Of a stretch of 36,192 nt of DNA, positions 28,674 through 35,896 are shown in pieces. Both the position numbers and the translations under genes were made by a program. The first letter of the stretch is position 1. Each line of letters opens with the position of its first letter. This DNA comes from Spirochaetales bacterium (GTDB lineage Bacteria > Spirochaetota > Spirochaetia > DSM-27196 > SLAA01), in assembly GCA_007126415.1 (NCBI GenBank), contig SLBH01000010.1, positions 1 through 36,192 on the forward strand, given 5' to 3'. The notes beneath the pieces were generated by a model, which was not told the origin of the DNA, made no database searches, and worked only from the letters and a program-made list of their open reading frames with translations.

Positions 28674-28702
28674 GTCGCCAAGCTACTGGAGATTGTGGCG
28701 CA

Positions 28703-29563
28703 ATGCGGATTACCTGGCAAGCCGCCGCGGCCGCGGCCGGTGTTGGTTTTCTGATCTCGGTTCTGAGCGGCCTGTTCGGGGGCGTCACACTTGGTACGCT
28801 TCTCTTCCGTGCCGTGCTTGCTGCGGTCATTTTCGGCGCCGGGGCGGTTGGCGTTGAGCAGATTTTTCAACGTTTTTTGCCTGAACTCTTCACTGGAAGC
28901 GACGGTGAGGCCGGCGAGCGCGACGCTGTGCCCGGAGCGTCGTCGAGCGCCGAGGCCGGCGGAGGCGGGAATGTCGAGATTGTGTTGGAAGAAGACGAGT
29001 ACCGGCCGGATGCAGGCACCGACGTCGGCTCTGCGGAGGCCTCGGAATCCACCGGGGCAACGGGAGCGGCTGCGAGTTTAGCAAGCGCGTCGGGCTTTAG
29101 CGCAGAGGCGGGGACCGAAGACGAGAACTCGAAAGCGGATGCCGAGTTCAACGTCGGGCTGCATAGTTTCGAGGACTCCCTCGTTGAGGAGGTCTCGGAG
29201 GAGCTTGGCGGCGTTGAGCCGGGCGGGTTGCGTGACGCGCACCCCGAGCCCGACGACCTTGGGTCTGAGGACGGTCACGTCGCGGCGGCCGAGACCGAGT
29301 CTGCCTCGGTTGAGGGAGCCGGCGACGCCGAAGGCGGCGGGGTGCCGGAGGTTGACCCTGGCGAGCTCGATACGCTGCCGGATATCGAGGCGTTTTCGGG
29401 CGATTTTGCAAGTGATGTTGGTACCGGCGGAGGCGCGGGGCGCGGCTCCGGCTCAAGCACTGGGGCGTCCTCGCAGCGGGAGGGTGACTCAAGCGATCAG
29501 GACCCGTCGGTGATGGCAAAAGCGTTACAAACGATGTTGAAGCGTGACGAGCAGCGCAAGTAA
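28703..29563 (+). CDS. Hypothetical membrane protein: two N-terminal TM helices plus a long acidic Gly/Ser/Ala/Glu-rich disordered region and a short conserved-looking basic C-terminus
   Basis: 286 aa. TM1 is [26 protein letters not shown] and TM2 is [15 protein letters not shown]. About 190 aa of D/E/G/S/A low complexity follow, and the protein ends [21 protein letters not shown] recognise no family. Confidence 0.6.
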   Translation: MRITWQAAAAAAGVGFLISVLSGLFGGVTLGTLLFRAVLAAVIFGAGAVGVEQIFQRFLPELFTGSDGEAGERDAVPGASSSAEAGGGGNVEIVLEEDEYRPDAGTDVGSAEASESTGATGAAASLASASGFSAEAGTEDENSKADAEFNVGLHSFEDSLVEEVSEELGGVEPGGLRDAHPEPDDLGSEDGHVAAAETESASVEGAGDAEGGGVPEVDPGELDTLPDIEAFSGDFASDVGTGGGAGRGSGSSTGASSQREGDSSDQDPSVMAKALQTMLKRDEQRK

Positions 29564-29576
29564 CCAAGGGACGCAG

Positions 29577-30365
29577 ATGAGCGAGAACGCGTTAGCGACA
29601 AAGTCCGAGGCGGAGCTGTGGCGACTGTATCGGCAGAACCACGATCCGCGAATTCGGGAACAGCTGGTAAAACAATACGCGCCGCTGGTCAAGTATGTCG
29701 CCGGCAAGGTTGCGATTGGTATGCCTCACAACGTGGAGTTCGACGATCTCGTCGGCTACGGGGTGTTTGGGTTGTTCGACGCGATCGAGAAGTTTGACCC
29801 GGATAAACATGTGAAGTTCAAGACCTACGCCGTCACCCGCATCCGCGGTGCAATCTTCGACGAGCTGCGCTCAATAGACTGGGTGCCGCGTTCGGTACGG
29901 CAGAAGACACGCGAGGTCGAGGAAACGGTGCGAAGGCTCGAATCTTCGCTGGGACGCGCTGCGTCCGACCAGGAGATCGCGGGTGAGCTCAATATCTCGG
30001 TCAAAGAGTTCGAGAAGCTGATGCTCAAGATCAGCGGCACCTCTATTATGTCGCTGAACGACGTGTGGTATACCGGCGAAGAGAGCGACACCGTTTCGAT
30101 CGCCGATACCATTGAGTCGCCGCAGAGCCTAAATCCCGACATCATAGTCGAGAAAGACGAAATGAAGCGCGTGATCGTTCAGTCGATCAACGAGCTTCCC
30201 GAAAAAGAAAAGAAGGTGCTCGTGTTATACTATTACGAGGACCTGACGTTGAAGGAGATCGGGCAAGTCCTTGAGGTCACCGAGTCACGAATCTCGCAGC
30301 TGCATACAAAGGCAATTATGCGGCTTCGCGCGAAGTTGACCAACCTCAAGAAAGGAATTATGTAG
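29577..30365 (+). CDS. fliA: RNA polymerase sigma-28 factor FliA/WhiG/SigD
   Basis: Region 2 reads [43 protein letters not shown]. Region 4 HTH reads [37 protein letters not shown] 29577 follows AAGGGA. The track ORF opens at GTG 29544 inside the upstream gene. Confidence 0.92.
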   Translation: MSENALATKSEAELWRLYRQNHDPRIREQLVKQYAPLVKYVAGKVAIGMPHNVEFDDLVGYGVFGLFDAIEKFDPDKHVKFKTYAVTRIRGAIFDELRSIDWVPRSVRQKTREVEETVRRLESSLGRAASDQEIAGELNISVKEFEKLMLKISGTSIMSLNDVWYTGEESDTVSIADTIESPQSLNPDIIVEKDEMKRVIVQSINELPEKEKKVLVLYYYEDLTLKEIGQVLEVTESRISQLHTKAIMRLRAKLTNLKKGIM

Positions 30366-30367
30366 CC

Positions 30368-32311
30368 ATGGTCGGTATGGACCGGCTCAAGGAGTACATG
30401 CAGCGGCAGTACTCCGAAGACCAACAGCGAACCTTCGTCCACGTTGGCGGTGATACGCTCGAGGAGGCGCTGAACGCCGCCGCGATCGAGCTTTCGATAC
30501 CGCTAAAGCGTATCGAGTACGAGATCCTCGAGAAAGGGACGAAAGGCGTGTTGGGGGTGGGAAAACGGCCATACAGCATCCTTGCCTATCCGGCGGCTCC
30601 CGAACAAGAACCGGAATCGCTCGAGCTTTCGGGTGACGAAGACCTCGAGCTCGACGGTCTCGGCGGCAAGCAGCGCGACGGTGAGGCGCTTGTGCGTCGT
30701 ACGCCGCAGGGGGTGCTGCTTAAGGTCACAAAGCCCGAAGGCGGCGGCCGTACCGTCACCGAGAACGATGCACTCGAGGTTCTGCAGCGGCGGTTCGACG
30801 GTTCGTACGACGTTGCGACGGTAGCCAAAGTAGTGAAACGCGCCGACGGTGAGTTCGTGAAGGTCGCCGAGATGCAGCATGACCCCTCTAACGACGCGAT
30901 GCTCACCGTGAACATCGTAGAGCTCGATATGAAGGCGTTGTTGGTAGCGATGCCGCCGGGGCCCGGCGGGGCGGACCCCGAGTACGAAGCGATCATCGGC
31001 TTTCTCAAGGCCAACGGCGTGGTTGAAGGCATTAAGACCGAGGCGATCGAACGCTTCGTCGAGAAACCCGAGTACAACCAGCCGCTGCTGGTCGCCGAAG
31101 GGCGAAGACCGCGCAACGGTGCCGATGCGCGCATCGTGTACGAGTTCGAGACCGACAGCACACGGATCAAGCTCAAGGAGAGCGAGGGTCGGGTAGACTT
31201 TAAAGACCTGAACATCGTTCAAAACGTGGTGGCGGGCCAGGTTGTGGCGCGCAAAATTCCGGCCGAACCTGCCGAGCCGGGAGTAACGGTCACCGGTAAG
31301 GTGCTCCCGGCCGAGGACGGCAAGGATGCCGCGATACAGGCCGGGAAAAACGTTAAGCTGTCGGAAGACGGTCGGACCGCGATGGCCGAGATCAACGGCC
31401 AGGTGGTTATCGCGGCCGGGAAGATCAACGTTGAGCCGGTTTACGTTGTCAACGGCAACGTCAGCCTCAAGACCGGAAACATCTTGTTCCTCGGTACGGT
31501 TGTGGTTAAGGGTCACGTTGAGGATGGGTTCGATGTCAAAGCCAGCGGCAACATCGAGGTCATGGGCGGTGTCGGCAAGAGCAACCTAGACGCCGAGGGC
31601 GACATAATTGTGCACCAGGGCATCGGCGCCAAGAGCGAAGGTACGGTGCGAGCCGGGCGTAACGTATGGTCGAAGTTCATCGAGAACGCCGAGGTTAGCG
31701 CGGGCGATCTGGTGGTGGTAAGCGACGGAATCATGAACTCGCACGTCGTCGCGCAACGGAAAGTGATCTGTAAAGGTAAACGCGCGAGCATCGTCGGTGG
31801 CGCGGTGCGCGCCGCTGAGGAGATTAACGCGAAGTCCCTCGGAGCGGTTGCCGGCACCGAAACCATCCTCGAGGTCGGCTACGACCCAACCAGCAAGGAG
31901 CGCCTTGCCGCGCTCGAGCAAGAGCGGGGCGAGTATCAAAAGAAGCTCGAGGAACTGCAGCGTAATCTCACCACGCTCGAGAACATGCGGCGGCAGCACA
32001 AGAAGCTCACGAAAGAGAAGATCGAGAACTACAAGCGGCTCATGAAGAGTAAGGAACAGCTTACGGCCGAGACGCGGCGGGTTGCCAAGGAGATTCAAGA
32101 GATCCAAGAGTACCTCGGCGAGCTCAGCACCACCGGTCGCATTAGCGCCTCGGCTACGGTCTTTCCGGGGGTCAAGATGTACATCAAGGACGCGCCGTTG
32201 GCGGTGAAGAACGAGTTCAAGGCCGTCAGCTTCGTGGCTGAAGGTGATGTGGTGAAAGTCACTAAGTATCAGGAGTCGGATGAGGATTTAGCGTCGGCGC
32301 GCAAAGCATGA
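30368..32311 (+). CDS. FapA-family (DUF342) protein with Jag_N/KhpB_N-like N-terminal domain and C-terminal coiled coil
   Basis: 647 aa. The N-terminus VHVGGDTLEEALNAAAIELSIPLKRIEYEILEKGTKGVLGVGKRPYSILAY resembles the Jag N-domain. The centre has beta-helix-type repeats (GNILFLGTVVVKGHVEDGFDVKASGNIEVMGGVGKSNLDAEGDIIVHQGI...) typical of DUF342. A Lys/Glu-rich coiled coil follows (YQKKLEELQRNLTTLENMRRQHKKL...). It starts 2 nt after the fliA stop. Confidence 0.75.
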   Translation: MVGMDRLKEYMQRQYSEDQQRTFVHVGGDTLEEALNAAAIELSIPLKRIEYEILEKGTKGVLGVGKRPYSILAYPAAPEQEPESLELSGDEDLELDGLGGKQRDGEALVRRTPQGVLLKVTKPEGGGRTVTENDALEVLQRRFDGSYDVATVAKVVKRADGEFVKVAEMQHDPSNDAMLTVNIVELDMKALLVAMPPGPGGADPEYEAIIGFLKANGVVEGIKTEAIERFVEKPEYNQPLLVAEGRRPRNGADARIVYEFETDSTRIKLKESEGRVDFKDLNIVQNVVAGQVVARKIPAEPAEPGVTVTGKVLPAEDGKDAAIQAGKNVKLSEDGRTAMAEINGQVVIAAGKINVEPVYVVNGNVSLKTGNILFLGTVVVKGHVEDGFDVKASGNIEVMGGVGKSNLDAEGDIIVHQGIGAKSEGTVRAGRNVWSKFIENAEVSAGDLVVVSDGIMNSHVVAQRKVICKGKRASIVGGAVRAAEEINAKSLGAVAGTETILEVGYDPTSKERLAALEQERGEYQKKLEELQRNLTTLENMRRQHKKLTKEKIENYKRLMKSKEQLTAETRRVAKEIQEIQEYLGELSTTGRISASATVFPGVKMYIKDAPLAVKNEFKAVSFVAEGDVVKVTKYQESDEDLASARKA

Positions 32312-32327
32312 CACACGGAAGGTGCAG

Positions 32328-32660
32328 ATGTCGTTGCTACCGATCGACCTTCAAACCCTATTTCTCAGGATGAGTCAAGTTGGGCAGGATCAGGCCGCCC
32401 AGCGCGACTCCATCATTCAGGGGCAAGACGTCGCCGGCAGGGAGATTGCGCAACGCAGCCGGCAACATCAGCTCAGTGTCGGCGAGGCCCAGCGTGTTGA
32501 AGAGGGTCCCGACGCAATCAACGAGCACGACTCGGGAGCGCAGACCGAAAGCGGTGAGCAGGGCGAACAGGCCGCGGACAATGCCGAGACAAAAGGAACC
32601 GAGGAAGAGAATGTGTTTCAGGATCCCGATCTCGGCCGCAATATCGACATTTCGGGGTAG
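32328..32660 (+). CDS. Small acidic hypothetical protein (110 aa), hydrophobic N-terminal helix plus disordered tail
   Basis: MSLLPIDLQTLFLRMSQVGQDQAAQRDSIIQGQDVAGREIAQRS... is followed by a Glu/Gln/Gly/Ala-rich tail. ATG 32328 lies about 5 nt after GGAAGG. GTG 32322 is an alternative start. I recognise no family. Confidence 0.55.
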   Translation: MSLLPIDLQTLFLRMSQVGQDQAAQRDSIIQGQDVAGREIAQRSRQHQLSVGEAQRVEEGPDAINEHDSGAQTESGEQGEQAADNAETKGTEEENVFQDPDLGRNIDISG

Positions 32661-32666
32661 TTCCGG

Positions 32667-33281
32667 ATGCCCTTAGTCGTACCCATCGCTCTCAATATTG
32701 TAGTTCTCGCTATCGGCTTTGTGTTTCTGCATGCCAAGCTCGACCGCAAGGTGCGCCCGGACGCCTTGCTGGACGAGATCAAGCGCGAAGTTAACAGCAT
32801 TATCGTAGAGCTGAACCAAACCACCGATCGAAATATCGGCCTCATTGAGGAGCGCATCGAGACGCTCAACGCCATGCTCGAGAAGGTGGACAAGCGCCTT
32901 GCGTTGATTCGGCGCGAATGGGAGCAGCACGAAGCCGGAGCTCGTGTGTACACCGACCTCAAACGTGTCGCGAAACAGAGCAGAAGCTCGGGTGGCGGAC
33001 TCCCGCCGGCAGCCGGTTCGTCCGAGGCTCGGCGGGAGCCGGGGGCCGAGGCGCGCTCGGAAAAGCACCCTGAGGACGCCTCCCGGCCGTCGGGCGACTC
33101 GGAGACGCTGCCGAGCGGTTCCGAGAGCGCGAAGCGATCGCAGGAGGCGCGCAGCCGCGTGCGCGAGCAGGTTGTGTCGTTACATCGTAAGGGAATTGCG
33201 CCGAACATTATAGCGAGCCGAGTGGGCTCGACGCTCGGCGAGGTAGAACTCATCATAGCTTTGCACGACGGAAAGGGTTGA
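32667..33281 (+). CDS. Membrane-anchored coiled-coil protein with C-terminal helix-turn-helix-like segment (DUF2802-like architecture)
   Basis: 204 aa. N-terminal TM PLVVPIALNIVVLAIGFVFL, helical segment EIKREVNSIIVELNQTTDRNIGLIEERIETLNAMLEKVDKRL, a disordered Ser/Gly/Glu/Arg linker, then SRVREQVVSLHRKGIAPNIIASRVGSTLGEVELIIALH, which has HTH-like spacing. Confidence 0.6.
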   Translation: MPLVVPIALNIVVLAIGFVFLHAKLDRKVRPDALLDEIKREVNSIIVELNQTTDRNIGLIEERIETLNAMLEKVDKRLALIRREWEQHEAGARVYTDLKRVAKQSRSSGGGLPPAAGSSEARREPGAEARSEKHPEDASRPSGDSETLPSGSESAKRSQEARSRVREQVVSLHRKGIAPNIIASRVGSTLGEVELIIALHDGKG

Positions 33282-33282
33282 T

Positions 33283-35007
33283 ATGCAGCCGATCATCGGA
33301 ATCGATCTAGGAACAACTAACTCCAGCGTCGCTGTCGTTCTACACGACGAGCCGCGCACGGTGGTCAACGCAGTTGGAAGCCGAACTACGCCTTCGGTGG
33401 TGTCGCTCGCGGGCGACGGAGAGGTGCTTGTCGGACAGTCCGCTCGTAATCAGGCCGTGAGCCGTCCGGAGGTGACGGTTCGAAACGTGAAACGCTTGAT
33501 CGGCACCACCGAGTACTGCAGCCTTGGAGGTCGGCGTCACTCGCCGGAAGAGATCAGCGCGCTCATTCTCAAGCAGCTTCGAAGCGATGCCGAGGCGTAC
33601 CTGGGTGCGGCGGTACAGGACTGTGTGATCACGGTGCCGGCGCATTTCTCACAGGCACAGCGCCTCGCGACGCGCGAGGCCGGTCGCTTGGCAGGGCTCG
33701 AGGTGCGGCGGATCATCAACGAGCCGACCGCGGCGGCTCTGGCGTACGCTTCGGAGCTCGCTCGGCAGGCGCGCATCGTGGTGTACGACCTCGGCGGCGG
33801 AACCTTCGATGTTACCTGCCTCGAACGCGATGGGGAGAAGTTCGCGGTACGCTCCACGCTGGGTGACGGCGCACTCGGCGGCGTTGAGTTCGATAGAATG
33901 CTGCTCGAGCACGTGGTAGGGGAGTTTGAGCTCCAAGCCGGCACGCGGCTGCAGGAAGACCGCGTCTTGATGCAACAGCTGCAGGAACTCGTTGAGCGTG
34001 CAAAGATAGAGCTCTCGAGCCGGGTCTCTAGTACGGTAGCGTTGCCGTTTTTCGGGCGCAACGGCGGCACGCACTTGACCTGCGAGCTTACGAGAGAGTT
34101 GCTTGAGGGGTTGATCACACCGATGCTGCACCGAAGCGTAGGCCTTACCGAACAAGCCGTTGAGGAAGCGGGATTCAACGACGAGAACGGAATTGATTAC
34201 CTCGTTCTCGCCGGCGGATCAACGCGGATTCCGTTGGTGCAGCGCTACCTCGAGCGCAAGCTGGGGTGTCGTCCCTCGGCGCGAATTAATCCTGATGAGG
34301 TAGTAGCGCTCGGTGCCGCGCTGGATGCCGAGTTGGTGCGTTCCGCCTCGGAGCGCAAGCGCGTACAGGACGTGACCGGCTTTGCGTTAGGTGTTGAAAC
34401 CGAAGGAAATACCGCCACGGTGCTTATCCCGCGTAATACTGCGCTACCGGCGCGTGTGACCGAGGTCTTCACCACGGTGAGCGACCGTCAGCACTCGGCG
34501 CAGATTCACGTGCTGCAGGGTGAGGAGCGGGCCGCGTCGCAAAACAACTCGCTTGGTCGCTTCATGCTCGCCGGCTTGAGCGAAGGCGCGCGCGGTGAAC
34601 CGCGCATTGAGGTGAGTTTTGACCTCGACCACGACGGGATCGTGACGGTGCGCGCCCGCGACCTTGCTTCGGGGGTTGAGGAGCAGACCACGGTGGTGCC
34701 GGTCTTTGAGGAAGGGGGGCGGGAAGGGCGCGACCGGGACTCCGGCCGCGACGACGAGTTGCGATCCGCGCAACGGCAGGTGCAGCGGCTCGTTGCGTAC
34801 CTTGAGGCGCAGCTATCGAAGCATGCCGATGCGATAGAAGCGGAGTTTCGCTCCGAGATAGAGGAGCTTCTGCAGGGAGCGCAGCACGCCGCGCGTACCC
34901 TGCGGCAAGCGGCGCGTCTGCACGAGTATCGCATCGCGCTTGAAACCATTGTGCAGGAGCTGCGCGCCGTTGATCTCGAGGCGGAGGTCGGCAATGAGGG
35001 CGCATGA
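33283..35007 (+). CDS. Atypical short Hsp70-family ATPase (DnaK paralogue, HscC-like size)
   Basis: 574 aa. Hsp70 motifs IIGIDLGTTNSSVAVV, NVKRLIG, IINEPTAAALAY, VVYDLGGGTFDVT, LVLAGGSTRIPLV and INPDEVVALGAA. A beta-sandwich substrate-binding domain is present (DVTGFALGVETEG...IEVSFDLDHDGIVTVRARD). The hydrophobic VLLL linker is replaced by KRVQ, and the helical lid is short. Confidence 0.88.
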   Translation: MQPIIGIDLGTTNSSVAVVLHDEPRTVVNAVGSRTTPSVVSLAGDGEVLVGQSARNQAVSRPEVTVRNVKRLIGTTEYCSLGGRRHSPEEISALILKQLRSDAEAYLGAAVQDCVITVPAHFSQAQRLATREAGRLAGLEVRRIINEPTAAALAYASELARQARIVVYDLGGGTFDVTCLERDGEKFAVRSTLGDGALGGVEFDRMLLEHVVGEFELQAGTRLQEDRVLMQQLQELVERAKIELSSRVSSTVALPFFGRNGGTHLTCELTRELLEGLITPMLHRSVGLTEQAVEEAGFNDENGIDYLVLAGGSTRIPLVQRYLERKLGCRPSARINPDEVVALGAALDAELVRSASERKRVQDVTGFALGVETEGNTATVLIPRNTALPARVTEVFTTVSDRQHSAQIHVLQGEERAASQNNSLGRFMLAGLSEGARGEPRIEVSFDLDHDGIVTVRARDLASGVEEQTTVVPVFEEGGREGRDRDSGRDDELRSAQRQVQRLVAYLEAQLSKHADAIEAEFRSEIEELLQGAQHAARTLRQAARLHEYRIALETIVQELRAVDLEAEVGNEGA

Positions 35008-35896
35008 ACTCTACAAGGAGCTCGGCCTGAAGCCCAACGCCGACCCGGTTGAGGTCAAGCGAGCGTACCGGGCTCTTCTGAAACGCTACCATCCCGACCT
35101 CGCCGGCGCCAACAACCATACCGAACGCCTCGATCGGATCGTCGCCGCGTACCGCGAGCTGATGAGCCGTCGCGAGCCGATCCCGTTTCGAACCCGCGAG
35201 CAAACGAACAGGCGCGCGCAGTCACGGGCACGAGGCACCTCGTGCCGAACCGGCGCCGGGCGGGCACAAGGCGCCGGGCGGACACAAGGCACCTCGTACC
35301 AAGCCGGCGCTGGGCGGGCACAAGGCGAGGGCCGGCCCCCGGGCGGCGCGCGGCACGGCACCACCGCGCGCGGTTGGACCGATGCCGGAGCCGACGGTAC
35401 CGCCGCCGGTCCGCGTGGCGCAACCGCAGCCGACGGTGGGGCGGAGCGCGAGTACGATCTATTCACGCTTGGGCGTATGGCGGTTGAGTCCAACAGTGTC
35501 AGTCGGCGCGCCTTTGCGGTGCGTATGCTCGGCAATCGTCGCAAGAAGCTTGCGTACGGTTACATTCGGCAAGCGCTGAACGACCCCGCCGAGATTGTGG
35601 TGCTCGAAGCGGTGCGTGCGGTCGCTAAGCTCGAGATCCTGCAGTCGGGCGGGGAACTCGCCACGGCGTTTCATCGCGACTCCGCGGCGGTAAAGACTGC
35701 GATCCTAACCGCAGTGGAAACGATAGCTCGACCGCAGCACTTTCATTCGGTGATCCTCTCCGGCCTACGCGAAACCGACCCTGTTCTGCGCCGCCGCAGT
35801 CTGCGACTGTTTCGCCGCTACACCCAGGCCGATGCGTCGGACACCGGTACCTCTCGATATCGACGTACAGCCTCGTTCGGTGAGGGCGGCCGATGA
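34994..35896 (+). CDS. J-domain protein with Arg/Gly/Gln repeat linker and C-terminal HEAT-like repeats
   Basis: The J-domain reads MRAHELYKELGLKPNADPVEVKRAYRALLKRYHPDLAG (HPD present). The C-terminus RRAFAVRMLGNRRKKLAYGYIRQALNDPAEIVVLEAVRAVAKLE...DSAAVKTAILTAVETI...LRETDPVLRRRSLRLF looks like HEAT/PBS-lyase-type repeats. ATG 34994 lies about 6 nt after GGAGG and overlaps the Hsp70 gene by 14 nt. The track ORF opens at 34940. Confidence 0.8.
   Translation: MRAHELYKELGLKPNADPVEVKRAYRALLKRYHPDLAGANNHTERLDRIVAAYRELMSRREPIPFRTREQTNRRAQSRARGTSCRTGAGRAQGAGRTQGTSYQAGAGRAQGEGRPPGGARHGTTARGWTDAGADGTAAGPRGATAADGGAEREYDLFTLGRMAVESNSVSRRAFAVRMLGNRRKKLAYGYIRQALNDPAEIVVLEAVRAVAKLEILQSGGELATAFHRDSAAVKTAILTAVETIARPQHFHSVILSGLRETDPVLRRRSLRLFRRYTQADASDTGTSRYRRTASFGEGGR
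35234..35327 (+). repeat. Imperfect in-frame 54-nt tandem repeat (with an internal 18-nt sub-repeat) in the J-protein linker
   Basis: ggcacctcgtgccgaaccggcgccgggcgggcacaaggcg (from 35234) and ggcacctcgtaccaagccggcgctgggcgggcacaaggcg (from 35288) match at 36/40 positions by eye. The sub-unit gcgccgggcgg[g/a]cacaag occurs twice in copy 1. The repeat encodes (A)GRAQG/GRTQG units. Confidence 0.8.
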
